NCBI GenBank assembly: GCA_963974855.1
Contig: CAXBHV010000001.1
Coordinates: forward strand, 1-35,369
Source: an uncultured Rhodopirellula sp.
GTDB taxonomy: Bacteria > Planctomycetota > Planctomycetia > Pirellulales > Pirellulaceae
Direction of reading: 5' to 3'
DNA: 35,369 nt
The notes below the pieces were generated by a model. The model was not told the origin of the DNA. It did no database searches and was given only the letters and a program-made list of their open reading frames with translations. This document shows, piece after piece, positions 27,009 through 35,369 of the stretch (position 1 is the stretch's first letter; every line of letters starts with the position of its first letter). A program made the position numbers and the translations under genes.

Positions 27009-29372
27009 ATGTCTGCTCGTAATTCCGCTCCGGAGCTGCCATTTTCAGAGTCGGCACCCGAGGTGGATTCTGAAACGGCGTTTTCAACGGGCGAAATTGT
27101 CGACGAGTTGGACAGCGGGCACAGCGGTCAAGGGGATGATATGGAAGGCAAGCGGGCAGATCAGGATATGGAACGCAATCAGACGCAGGGAACATCCGCT
27201 GCGAACGGTGAGGAGAGCCACGCGGCATCGGTACCACAACCTCACGATTTGACGGAAAACCCAGCCAGCGACTCTCGATTGCCGCTGCAGGGCGAATTGC
27301 TCGGTGCCTCCCCGAATTCAGGTACCGGCCCGAATTCAGGTACCGGCCCAAGTCCGCCGGTGCCGGGGGTACCTGCGCCCGAACCGGAACGCAAAGCGGC
27401 TACCAGTTCACGTCACATTGGCGGCACTCACAAAGCGTTGTCGCCCTATTCGAAACAGGGGCTCAGCCCCCGCATGATTCGCTGGCGTCGCAAATTGGCT
27501 CAAATCAACGCACTTGAACCGATCCTCAAAGCGGAAGACGACCTCTCCCTGCGAAAACGATCCCTCGCGTTACGCTATCGAGCGATGGCAGGCGAAAAAC
27601 TTTCCGTTCTGCTTCCCGAGGGCTATGCCTTGGTCCGCGAGGCAGGACGCCGCGCCCTTTCGATGCGGCATTACGATGTGCAAATCATCGGTGGCATCTC
27701 GCTGTTCGAAGGCTGTGTCGCCGAAATGCAGACCGGGGAAGGGAAAACCTTGACCGCATCGCTGCCGCTTTACCTGCACTCATTAACGGGCAAAGGCGCC
27801 CACCTCGCCACGGTCAACGATTACTTGGCGAAACGTGATGCCGAGTGGATGCGGCCGCTGTTTGAGCTATTGGGCGTGTCTGTCGGGATCATTCAAACGC
27901 AAGACGACCAAAAATCGCGCCGCGAATCCTATGGCTGTGCCATCACCTACGGAACCGCCAAGGAATTTGGCTTCGATTTCCTGCGGGATCGATTGCTACT
28001 ACGAGCTCAAAACCGTTTGCAAACCGAGATGCTCGGCGATGGCGGCGGCGGTTTTTCGGGCGGCGGTGACCAAATCGTGATGCGAGGTATGCATTTCTGT
28101 TTGGTGGACGAGGCCGACAGTATTTTGATCGACGAAGCACGGACACCGCTGATCATCGGCAGTATCGAAGACACCGTCCGCGACCAGATCGTGGAAACCT
28201 ACCTGTGGGCTGCCGAAAACGCACCCAGCTTCGAATTGGATGAGCATTTCGAGATCGATGACGACACCAAACAGTACGAATTGACCGCTCGTGGACGGCA
28301 AAAAGTCCGTGCCCTTCCTAAAAGCGACCTCGTTCGCACCATGGGACTCGTCGACTTGTACGAGTACATCGAACGTGCCGTGAAGGTCCATCGCGAGTTT
28401 CTGCTGAACCGCCAATACGTGGTCAAACCGAACGAGAAAGGGATCGATGAAATCGTGATTGTCGACGAGTTCACCGGCCGGCTCGCCGAAGGACGCAAGT
28501 GGCGTGACGGGATCCATCAAGCGATCGAAGCCAAAGAGAAAATCGAAATTAGCGTGCCTACCGGGCAGGCGGCTCGAATCACAGTCCAAGACCTGTTTTT
28601 GCGTTATCCCCATCTTGCCGGGATGACCGGTACAGCGGCCACCAGTGCCCGTGAATTGCGGCGAATCTATCGCACTCCGGTGATTCCTGTTCCCACCAAC
28701 CGGCCGCCAAAACGCAAACGACTTGCCGACCGGGTGTTTGGAACGATGCAGGCAAAATTTGAAGCGGTCGCCAAAGAAGTCCAAGAGGTAAATGGGCAAG
28801 GGCGTCCGGTGTTAATTGGAACGCGCTCGATCGACAAGAGCATGATCGTCTCTCGATTGTTGGACGAGCTCGGGATCCAGCACAAAGTCCTCAATGCGAA
28901 CAACGTCGAGATGGAAGCCGAAATCGTTTCGGCGGCAGGCGAATACGGCAAAGTCACGGTGGCGACCAACATGGCGGGACGTGGTACCGACATTAAATTG
29001 GCTGATGCCGTTGAATCCATGGGCGGAATGCACGTGATTTGCACGGAACTGCACGATGCCGCTCGGATTGACCGCCAATTGATCGGTCGTTGTGGTCGAC
29101 AAGGCGACCAAGGCTCCTATCGTCAATATCTGTCGCTCGATGACGATATCCTCAAAGGAGGACTTGGCCCTGGTCGTGCCGAAAAATTGAAGGCAAAAGG
29201 GATCGCCAAATCGGGAGCAGCGGACAGCTATGCGAAGCTGTTTGGAAAAGCCCAGCGAAAAGTGGAACGCAAGCATTTTCGAGACCGCATGGTGCTGATG
29301 CACCACGAGAAAGAACGCAAGAAAATGCAGCGTGAAATCGGCCAGGATCCTTATCTGGATACGCCAGATTAA
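27009..29372 (+). CDS. secA: Accessory SecA-family ATPase (C-terminally short)
   Basis: EMQTGEGKT, ATVNDYLAKRD, VDEADSILIDEARTPLII, GMTGTA, ATNMAGRGTDI, RIDRQLIGRCGRQGDQG. Confidence 0.9.
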   Translation: MSARNSAPELPFSESAPEVDSETAFSTGEIVDELDSGHSGQGDDMEGKRADQDMERNQTQGTSAANGEESHAASVPQPHDLTENPASDSRLPLQGELLGASPNSGTGPNSGTGPSPPVPGVPAPEPERKAATSSRHIGGTHKALSPYSKQGLSPRMIRWRRKLAQINALEPILKAEDDLSLRKRSLALRYRAMAGEKLSVLLPEGYALVREAGRRALSMRHYDVQIIGGISLFEGCVAEMQTGEGKTLTASLPLYLHSLTGKGAHLATVNDYLAKRDAEWMRPLFELLGVSVGIIQTQDDQKSRRESYGCAITYGTAKEFGFDFLRDRLLLRAQNRLQTEMLGDGGGGFSGGGDQIVMRGMHFCLVDEADSILIDEARTPLIIGSIEDTVRDQIVETYLWAAENAPSFELDEHFEIDDDTKQYELTARGRQKVRALPKSDLVRTMGLVDLYEYIERAVKVHREFLLNRQYVVKPNEKGIDEIVIVDEFTGRLAEGRKWRDGIHQAIEAKEKIEISVPTGQAARITVQDLFLRYPHLAGMTGTAATSARELRRIYRTPVIPVPTNRPPKRKRLADRVFGTMQAKFEAVAKEVQEVNGQGRPVLIGTRSIDKSMIVSRLLDELGIQHKVLNANNVEMEAEIVSAAGEYGKVTVATNMAGRGTDIKLADAVESMGGMHVICTELHDAARIDRQLIGRCGRQGDQGSYRQYLSLDDDILKGGLGPGRAEKLKAKGIAKSGAADSYAKLFGKAQRKVERKHFRDRMVLMHHEKERKKMQREIGQDPYLDTPD
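27311..27346 (+). repeat. 18-bp perfect tandem duplication (PNSGTG x2)
   Basis: cccgaattcaggtaccgg repeated twice. Confidence 0.9.
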
Positions 29373-29429
29373 AGTCCAATGCCCTCTACTGTGGCATCGG
29401 GGCACGGGCTGTCGCTGCTTACTTTTAGG

Positions 29430-29618
29430 GTAGCGGAACTCGTCAACGGCTTGTTGATTTAGTGAGCCGCTCGCGCGTAAGCGGCCGGGTCTGAGGCACT
29501 ACCCGGTGCCTTACGGCCCTCGGCTCACCGTTGCGATTTGCATTTGGATTAAATCAACAAGCCGTCAAGAGTTTCGTTGAAAGGGAGAACTGTCGAAAGT
29601 CTTGACGACTTCCGCTAC
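29430..29618. repeat. GTAGCGG REP pair interrupted by MITE
   Basis: gtagcggaactcg[tcaa ... tcaa]gagtttcg ... cgaaagtcttgacgacttccgctac. Confidence 0.85.
29447..29564 (-). mobile_element. 118-bp MITE-like element, inverted relative to the 23943 copy
   Basis: Perfect 15-bp TIR cggcttgttgattta / taaatcaacaagccg; tcaa at 29443-29446 and 29565-29568; 7 differences from the 23943 copy by manual alignment. Confidence 0.9.
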
Positions 29619-29975
29619 GGTCAAACCCTAATTTCCAATTTGGATAAAGCACTGGCCTCAAAATCAAAATTGGAATTCTCCCCTTATCGGTGTTGACAGC
29701 AGACTTCTGCACTGACTATTCCCAACGCAAACCAGGACACTCCTGGCGGAGATCACAGGAGGTGATTTGCTATCAAAGCAACCTAAGGTTGTTTTTGATC
29801 ATCCGTCGAGAGGATCTTGGAATGCAAAAGTCCTGTGAAGTAGATTCACAGGCGGTAGTGCTGGGACCACCGGCAACAAGGCTTACGTGTAGATAATATC
29901 TTCGCGTTTTGTTGTGCAGGTAATCTTGACGCGACCAGTATCATTGAAGTCTCACCGCGAAGAAGGAGAGTCGCG

Positions 29976-32900
29976 TTGAACCGCCTCTTAAACGCAAATG
30001 GCCTCGTAATGGCACGCCGTCCTCTCGTGGGACAACGACAACCGATAGGTTTATTCACCTATGCGGCTAGTCTAGGCATTCTTTACACACTGGCGTCGTC
30101 GACCACCGTGTCGGCTCAACTGCCACTGCCGCCTGGTGCAACACCGCAACCACCAAGCAACCACGCTACATCTGGAAATCCAGGTGTGACGACCCAACAA
30201 CTGATCACACAGACTCGCTCTGCGATGAGCCGCAAGGACTATCGCAACGCTGTCGAGCTATTCCGCCATTCGGTTGCCTCGGTAGCACAGTCGCCTCAGA
30301 TGTCAGCTCAGGTCGAACAACTTCGTGGCGAACTACTCGCTGTGGGGTTTGATCGCGAATTGCTGACGATGCCACCGACGACGCCGCTACCCAAAGTGGC
30401 GAGCGACTCGGCATCGATCCAACGTTTGCCGAGCGTCGCGGATGCTCAGCCGATCGGTGGTGCATCGGACATCGCGGCACGAAAGCAAGAGGCACTTCGA
30501 TTGCTCGCAATCGGACGTTCGTCACTTGATCGCGGCGACGCCTCGACCGCATTGACACTGGCTCGACAAGCTCAGGCATTGAACGTTCCTGAACGCGAAT
30601 TCACCACCGGCGAACCTCGCGTATGGCAACTGTTGCTCGACGCTGAATCCGCCGCACGAAGGAGCGGTATCGCATTAACGAGTGGCACTTCGCCGATCCA
30701 GTACTCGCCCGTTCAGCAAGCCGGCGGTGCCGCCAGCGACATGAATTCGGGTGCTGTTGCTCAAATGTTGTTCAATGGTGACACGACTGCGGGCTCCGGC
30801 AACTCGTTTGTCGGTGACAATGCCCCCAACGGGATCTCTCAAGTCCAGAACACCGAGCCGATTCCATCGGGTGCAACAAACGTTGCCACCAAGGCCTATC
30901 AAGACGGATTGGAACTATTGACTAGCGGCGACAAGGTCGCAGCTCGCGCCAAGTTCTTGGAAGCATGGAAGAACGAAGACACTCTGGATCTCGAGACACG
31001 ACGCCAACTGAAAGACAAGTTGACGCTGCTGCAATCCAACCAAATTGGATCGATGGCGCCGAAACTAGATCCGAACAAGCCATTGACAGCGATCGAGCGT
31101 GCTCAACTTGAGAATCAAGAAAAGACACGTCGCATGTACCGCGAAGTGACTTCGGAATTAGCCAAAGCCAACGAGTCCAAGACGAGTGCTCCGATGGACT
31201 CGCTGGATCAACTCGAACGCCTCAAGCGACGCGTCGAGACTTCGGACTTAGACGAATCGAGCCGACGTTCGTTGACCGGGATGGTCGATAACGCCTTGCG
31301 AGATCAACAAAGTTACGTCGAAGCGAACCGGGCTGACATCGAGTTAGAACTAGAGAATGAAACGGTTCGCACCACGATGGCGACTCAGTCACAACGCGAA
31401 GCCGCGGTGGACGATGAGATTGCTTCTCTGGTGGGAGAGTTTAATGAATTGATCAAAGAACGACGCTTCAACGAAGCTGAAACCGTGGCCAAGCAAGTGG
31501 CTGAATTGAAGCCAGGTTCGCCAATCGCGATCACGATGCTGCAAAACGCCCGAACGCAAGTTCGCGGTTTGATGAGTCAAGAGATCAATGACGCAAAGGA
31601 AGAGGCATTTTTCAGCAATATGCTCGACGTCGAGCGAGCTGGGATCGGAATCAATCCCGAACGCAACTTCGCTCTGCCGGATGCACGGATCTGGGAAGAC
31701 CTTTCCCGGCGTCGTCTTGCCAACAACGGTAACGACGAACGCATGAGTGCTCGAGAACAAGAGATCAAGCGTTCGCTGTCGACCGACGTTAACGTGAAAT
31801 ATCGCAATCGTCCGCTGCACGAGGTACTCGACGAGCTTGCCGCCGTCACCGGTGTGCCGATTGTGATGGACAGCCGATCGTTGTCAGCCGTCCGTGTGAC
31901 ACCGGATACTCCGGTGGACTTGAATCTGCAAAAGAGCATTCCACTGAAGAGTGCCTTGAGTTTGATTTTGACGAACTTGGAATTGACCTATGTGATCGAA
32001 AACGACGTGTTGAACATCACCAGCCTCGAAGCCAAGCGAAGCAAGGTTTATCCGAAGACGTATCGTGTGACCGACTTGGTTACTCCGATCCCGAACTTTA
32101 CCAGCAGCTACGAAGATGGATTGGCAGGGGCTCTGCGTGCCGCCTACCAGATGTCCAGCCCTCATAGTGATGTTCAAATTATGCCGGTTTCGGCAACCGA
32201 CCTGGGACGCGGCATGGCCGCCAGCATGTCACCGTCGCAAATGGCTCCGAACATGTTGGGACAATTCTCACCGATGGGGTCCCAAGGTGGATTCGGTCCA
32301 GGCAATCCACCCTCGGCCGGCGGTGGTCGTGGTGGCAGTTCGTTTGCTGACTTCGGTTCGCTGATGACACTGATTGAAACCACTGTGGTACCAGATACCT
32401 GGGAAGCTTTGGGCGGACCGAGCACGATGGCTCCCTACCCGCAAAACTTGAGTCTTGTTATCAGCACGACAAGTGACGTGCATGACCAAATCACGGACCT
32501 GTTGACGACCCTTCGTCGTCTTCAGAACTTGCAGATCACGATCGAAGTTCGCTTCATCACGCTCTCGGATACGTTCTTCGAGCAGATCGGTGTCGACTTT
32601 GACGTACAGTTCGATGACAACCTCAACGGGCTACCTCAAGACGACTCGGGACCAGCTGTCACGATCGGATTCAACGGACCTGGTGGAGTCACCTCGGACT
32701 TGGATATCCAATTCCAAAACAACAACTTCGGAATTGCCCCGCCCTTCAGTGCTCCTGACCCGGGTGCGATCTCGACGATTGGATTTGCGATCCTCAGCGA
32801 CATCGAAGCGTTCTTCTTCTTGCAAGCCGCACAAGGCGACAGCCGTAACAACGTCATGCAAGCTCCGAAGGTCACGCTGTTCGATGGACAATTTGCAACG

Positions 32901-33503
32901 ATCAGCGACGTGTCACAGCGACCGTTCGTTACCAGTATCACGCCGGTTGTCGGTGACTTTGCGGTCGCCCAACAACCAGTCATCGTGGTCCTGAACGAAG
33001 GGACGCAATTGAACGTGCAAGGGATCGTCAGCGATGACAAACGATTCGTACGCTTGACGCTGGTTCCGTTCTTTAGCCAAATCGGAAACGTCGACACGTT
33101 CACGTTCGAAGGCCGACGTTCGACCAACACCAACAGCAACACGACTCGTGACACCAACGGTGACGGCAAGATTGACTCGAATGACGAATCCGATACGGAT
33201 ACGTCTAACGATGTCGTCGAAGGTACCACGGTTCAGTTGCCGACCTTCGCCTTCACTCAGGTCAGCACGACAGTGAGTGTTCCCGATGGTGGAACGATTC
33301 TGCTCGGTGGAATTAAACGTCTTGCCGAAGGCCGATCCGAACGCGGTTTGCCCTTCCTCAGCAAGATCCCTTACATCAGCCGCTTGTTCCGCAACGTTTC
33401 GACGGGCCGGGATGCACGAAGCTTGATGTTGATGGTGACACCACGAATCATCATCCAAGAGGAAGAAGAGATCGCTCAAACCGGATTCGACCCCAACCGC
33501 TAA
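29976..33503 (+). CDS. gspD: Large planctomycete secretin (type II secretion GspD-like)
   Basis: YRVTDLV, LIETTVVPDTW, QITIEVRFI, QAPKVTLFDGQ, TTVSVPDGGTILLGG, GLPFLSKIPYISRLF, LMLMVTPRII; long helical N-terminus. Confidence 0.85.
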   Translation: MNRLLNANGLVMARRPLVGQRQPIGLFTYAASLGILYTLASSTTVSAQLPLPPGATPQPPSNHATSGNPGVTTQQLITQTRSAMSRKDYRNAVELFRHSVASVAQSPQMSAQVEQLRGELLAVGFDRELLTMPPTTPLPKVASDSASIQRLPSVADAQPIGGASDIAARKQEALRLLAIGRSSLDRGDASTALTLARQAQALNVPEREFTTGEPRVWQLLLDAESAARRSGIALTSGTSPIQYSPVQQAGGAASDMNSGAVAQMLFNGDTTAGSGNSFVGDNAPNGISQVQNTEPIPSGATNVATKAYQDGLELLTSGDKVAARAKFLEAWKNEDTLDLETRRQLKDKLTLLQSNQIGSMAPKLDPNKPLTAIERAQLENQEKTRRMYREVTSELAKANESKTSAPMDSLDQLERLKRRVETSDLDESSRRSLTGMVDNALRDQQSYVEANRADIELELENETVRTTMATQSQREAAVDDEIASLVGEFNELIKERRFNEAETVAKQVAELKPGSPIAITMLQNARTQVRGLMSQEINDAKEEAFFSNMLDVERAGIGINPERNFALPDARIWEDLSRRRLANNGNDERMSAREQEIKRSLSTDVNVKYRNRPLHEVLDELAAVTGVPIVMDSRSLSAVRVTPDTPVDLNLQKSIPLKSALSLILTNLELTYVIENDVLNITSLEAKRSKVYPKTYRVTDLVTPIPNFTSSYEDGLAGALRAAYQMSSPHSDVQIMPVSATDLGRGMAASMSPSQMAPNMLGQFSPMGSQGGFGPGNPPSAGGGRGGSSFADFGSLMTLIETTVVPDTWEALGGPSTMAPYPQNLSLVISTTSDVHDQITDLLTTLRRLQNLQITIEVRFITLSDTFFEQIGVDFDVQFDDNLNGLPQDDSGPAVTIGFNGPGGVTSDLDIQFQNNNFGIAPPFSAPDPGAISTIGFAILSDIEAFFFLQAAQGDSRNNVMQAPKVTLFDGQFATISDVSQRPFVTSITPVVGDFAVAQQPVIVVLNEGTQLNVQGIVSDDKRFVRLTLVPFFSQIGNVDTFTFEGRRSTNTNSNTTRDTNGDGKIDSNDESDTDTSNDVVEGTTVQLPTFAFTQVSTTVSVPDGGTILLGGIKRLAEGRSERGLPFLSKIPYISRLFRNVSTGRDARSLMLMVTPRIIIQEEEEIAQTGFDPNR

Positions 33504-33536
33504 CGTTGGTAACGAATTCAAGACGATGACAAAACG

Positions 33537-33570
33537 AAAAACGCCGGACGGAAACGCCCGGCGTTTTTTT
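33537..33570. terminator. Bidirectional rho-independent terminator
   Basis: aaaaacgccgg-acggaaacgc-ccggcgttttttt. Confidence 0.85.
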
Positions 33571-33821
33571 ATGCTTACTGAGCAGCGTTGTTGCCAACGC
33601 TCGTGGATTTAACCCAGGCAACGGGTTGCGCCCGATAAGGTTAAAAGATGGAAGGTTAAAAAATGGGGACAAACCAATGGTTCCTCGCGGTCGTCAGCCC
33701 CTACGACCACTTCATCTTCCTGTCACCCATTTCCTTGTATACCTTTTTCAGCAGGCTGACAGACGGTGACGACAAACGGAGACAGCTCCCCCCTTCGCGT
33801 CAAGTCGATTGCATCCGAGCG

Positions 33822-35369
33822 TCACTCACCGACGACTTCCCATCGGCCCCACAACTTGGGTGTTAATTCTGCTTCGCTCGGAACATCGGCGGTGATCGCG
33901 GTGGCTTTATTGGACCAGTAAACTCGCTGATTCGTCTGACTTCCGTTTCCACGCAGAACGCCGAGATCGGCGTGATAGGTTTCGCCAATCGTGGGCTTCC
34001 AATCGAGCAAACTCAGCGGCACCTGCACTTCATAATTGCCAGTGCCGTCGCTCGCCAATTTCAGCTCGTCGCTGACATCCTGGACGCTATCCAGATAGAT
34101 CGTTCGCCATGGACTGCTAAACGCAACCGGTTGTTTGGTACCAGGAACACTCGCTCGATACAGCAGTGCTCGCGTCTTGCCTTTGACCTGCGTCACCAGC
34201 AGTCGCAAGTCGCCGGGGGCGGGTTCCGCACGATCAGCTTTCGCCGCGAAATCGGTGCCGAGCATGATGTCAAGCGCGCCGCCGGTTTTGAACAACGCTT
34301 GCGGCGTTTCACCGCTGTTGGTGAGAAGGTCTTTCTCGTTGGTGCGCCAGGCGGCAAAGAGTTTATCGCCGACAATGGTTACTGCGGCGCTCGCGTCATA
34401 GGGACGTGAATCGCTATTGAAGTTTGCCTTGGTACCACGCCGGTCGATGGGGGCCCAGTCGGTCGTCGGGGGCCAATCGTCCAGGTGACCATCGACCTGC
34501 GGAGCGGTTGATCGCAGGGTGACTTTGAGTGTGCCGCTGCCGAGGGCCGATTGACGCGTTGCCTCGGTTTGCACGAACCACTCGCGAGCCTTTGCCAAAT
34601 CGTCGGTGGTAACCGTCAATGGTTGTGCGGGAATACGGCGGATGGAATCGAGACCCGATACTCGCACCAGGCTGACGCGGCCGCCATCGACGACAAAGAC
34701 TTCCCCACTGGCCGTTTGGGTAATGCTGGGCCAAAAGTTTTCGTCGTGCAGTGATACGTTGCCGACATCCATGCCACGCACGGCTTGCGGCATCGCCCAA
34801 TTGGGTCGCAAGCGAATGTCGTGAAATAGCGTCGCCACGAACAGACCATCGGCAGTGAACAAGTACATGTTTCCCATGTTGCCGTTGATGGCAAAGATCG
34901 AACCTGCGTCGCCGCGGGGGCGGATCCAGCCACCGAGCAATCGCGTGGTGCCAATCAACATGCCCGGCTGATCTGGAATCGCCGCTTCATGACTGGCGTG
35001 CAGGCCAGGCCACACATTGGGATAGGTCCAGCGTGCTTGACCCCCTAACGATCCACCCAAGCCGTAAGGCGAGAATGGCGCCGGGGCAACGGTGTGAATT
35101 GTCCAGCCATCGGGTTCGCTCAGGGCTTGGTCGCCACCGGATGATTGTGGTCCTTGCGAACCGGTCAGTAACACTTGCGGCGCAGCAAGATCGTAAAGTG
35201 GAGCTCCGTGTTCATTGAACTTCACGGGGATAAATTGAACGGTTTGGTTGCCCCAACGAGCCACCACCATCGCCAAGTCCGACTGGGTGACGACGCCAGA
35301 GCATGAGGCTTTGCTGATCTGAACTTCGCTGGGCTGCGGCAATCCATCGCCGTTGGCATCGGACCACGC
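33822..35369 (-). CDS. Large hypothetical protein, 5'-partial, C-terminal CBM9/DOMON-like region
   Basis: Frame stays open to the window edge (AWSDANGDG-LPQPSEVQ); PQVDGHLDDW, LFAAW, YEVQVPLSLL, DLGVLRG, PKLWG. Confidence 0.75.
   Translation of the reverse strand, partial: AWSDANGDGLPQPSEVQISKASCSGVVTQSDLAMVVARWGNQTVQFIPVKFNEHGAPLYDLAAPQVLLTGSQGPQSSGGDQALSEPDGWTIHTVAPAPFSPYGLGGSLGGQARWTYPNVWPGLHASHEAAIPDQPGMLIGTTRLLGGWIRPRGDAGSIFAINGNMGNMYLFTADGLFVATLFHDIRLRPNWAMPQAVRGMDVGNVSLHDENFWPSITQTASGEVFVVDGGRVSLVRVSGLDSIRRIPAQPLTVTTDDLAKAREWFVQTEATRQSALGSGTLKVTLRSTAPQVDGHLDDWPPTTDWAPIDRRGTKANFNSDSRPYDASAAVTIVGDKLFAAWRTNEKDLLTNSGETPQALFKTGGALDIMLGTDFAAKADRAEPAPGDLRLLVTQVKGKTRALLYRASVPGTKQPVAFSSPWRTIYLDSVQDVSDELKLASDGTGNYEVQVPLSLLDWKPTIGETYHADLGVLRGNGSQTNQRVYWSNKATAITADVPSEAELTPKLWGRWEVVGE

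Noticed and set aside
1-29618. Repeated palindromes as a CRISPR array
   Set aside because: Dispersed, no repeat-spacer periodicity, no cas genes
33636-33750. aaggttaaaa(g/a)atgg duplication with a loosely complementary pyrimidine tract
   Set aside because: Probably a degenerate intergenic repeat; single copy in the window, boundaries undefined

Overview
Planctomycete chromosomal window (Pirellulaceae-like, judged from the PSD1/DUF1549-DUF1553 cytochrome, BBP7- and DUF6666-type barrels and the giant secretin). The left third (about 1.7-13.5 kb) looks like a nitrosative-stress and DNA-damage locus: alkA, DUF488, an unannotated flavohaemoglobin (hmp) remnant divergent from an Rrf2 regulator, two tandem exported DUF3365 c-type haem proteins behind a sigma70-type promoter with an NsrR-type 11-1-11 operator, DinB, MOSC/YiiM, nsrR, a stand-alone ScdA/YtfE N-terminal (DUF542) protein, an internally shortened UvrA and a dGTPase. 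The rest holds outer-membrane beta-barrels, an HDOD protein, an old yellow enzyme, an aldo/keto reductase, a C-terminally short accessory SecA, an orphan secretin and a partial large hypothetical gene. Intergenic DNA contains several REP-like families. It also contains a 118-bp MITE-like element with 15-bp TIRs and a 4-bp TCAA duplication. This element carries one REP-like palindrome and inserts, in both orientations, at the same position of another REP, whose empty form is also present in the window. Family assignments come from motif recognition only; no searches were run.
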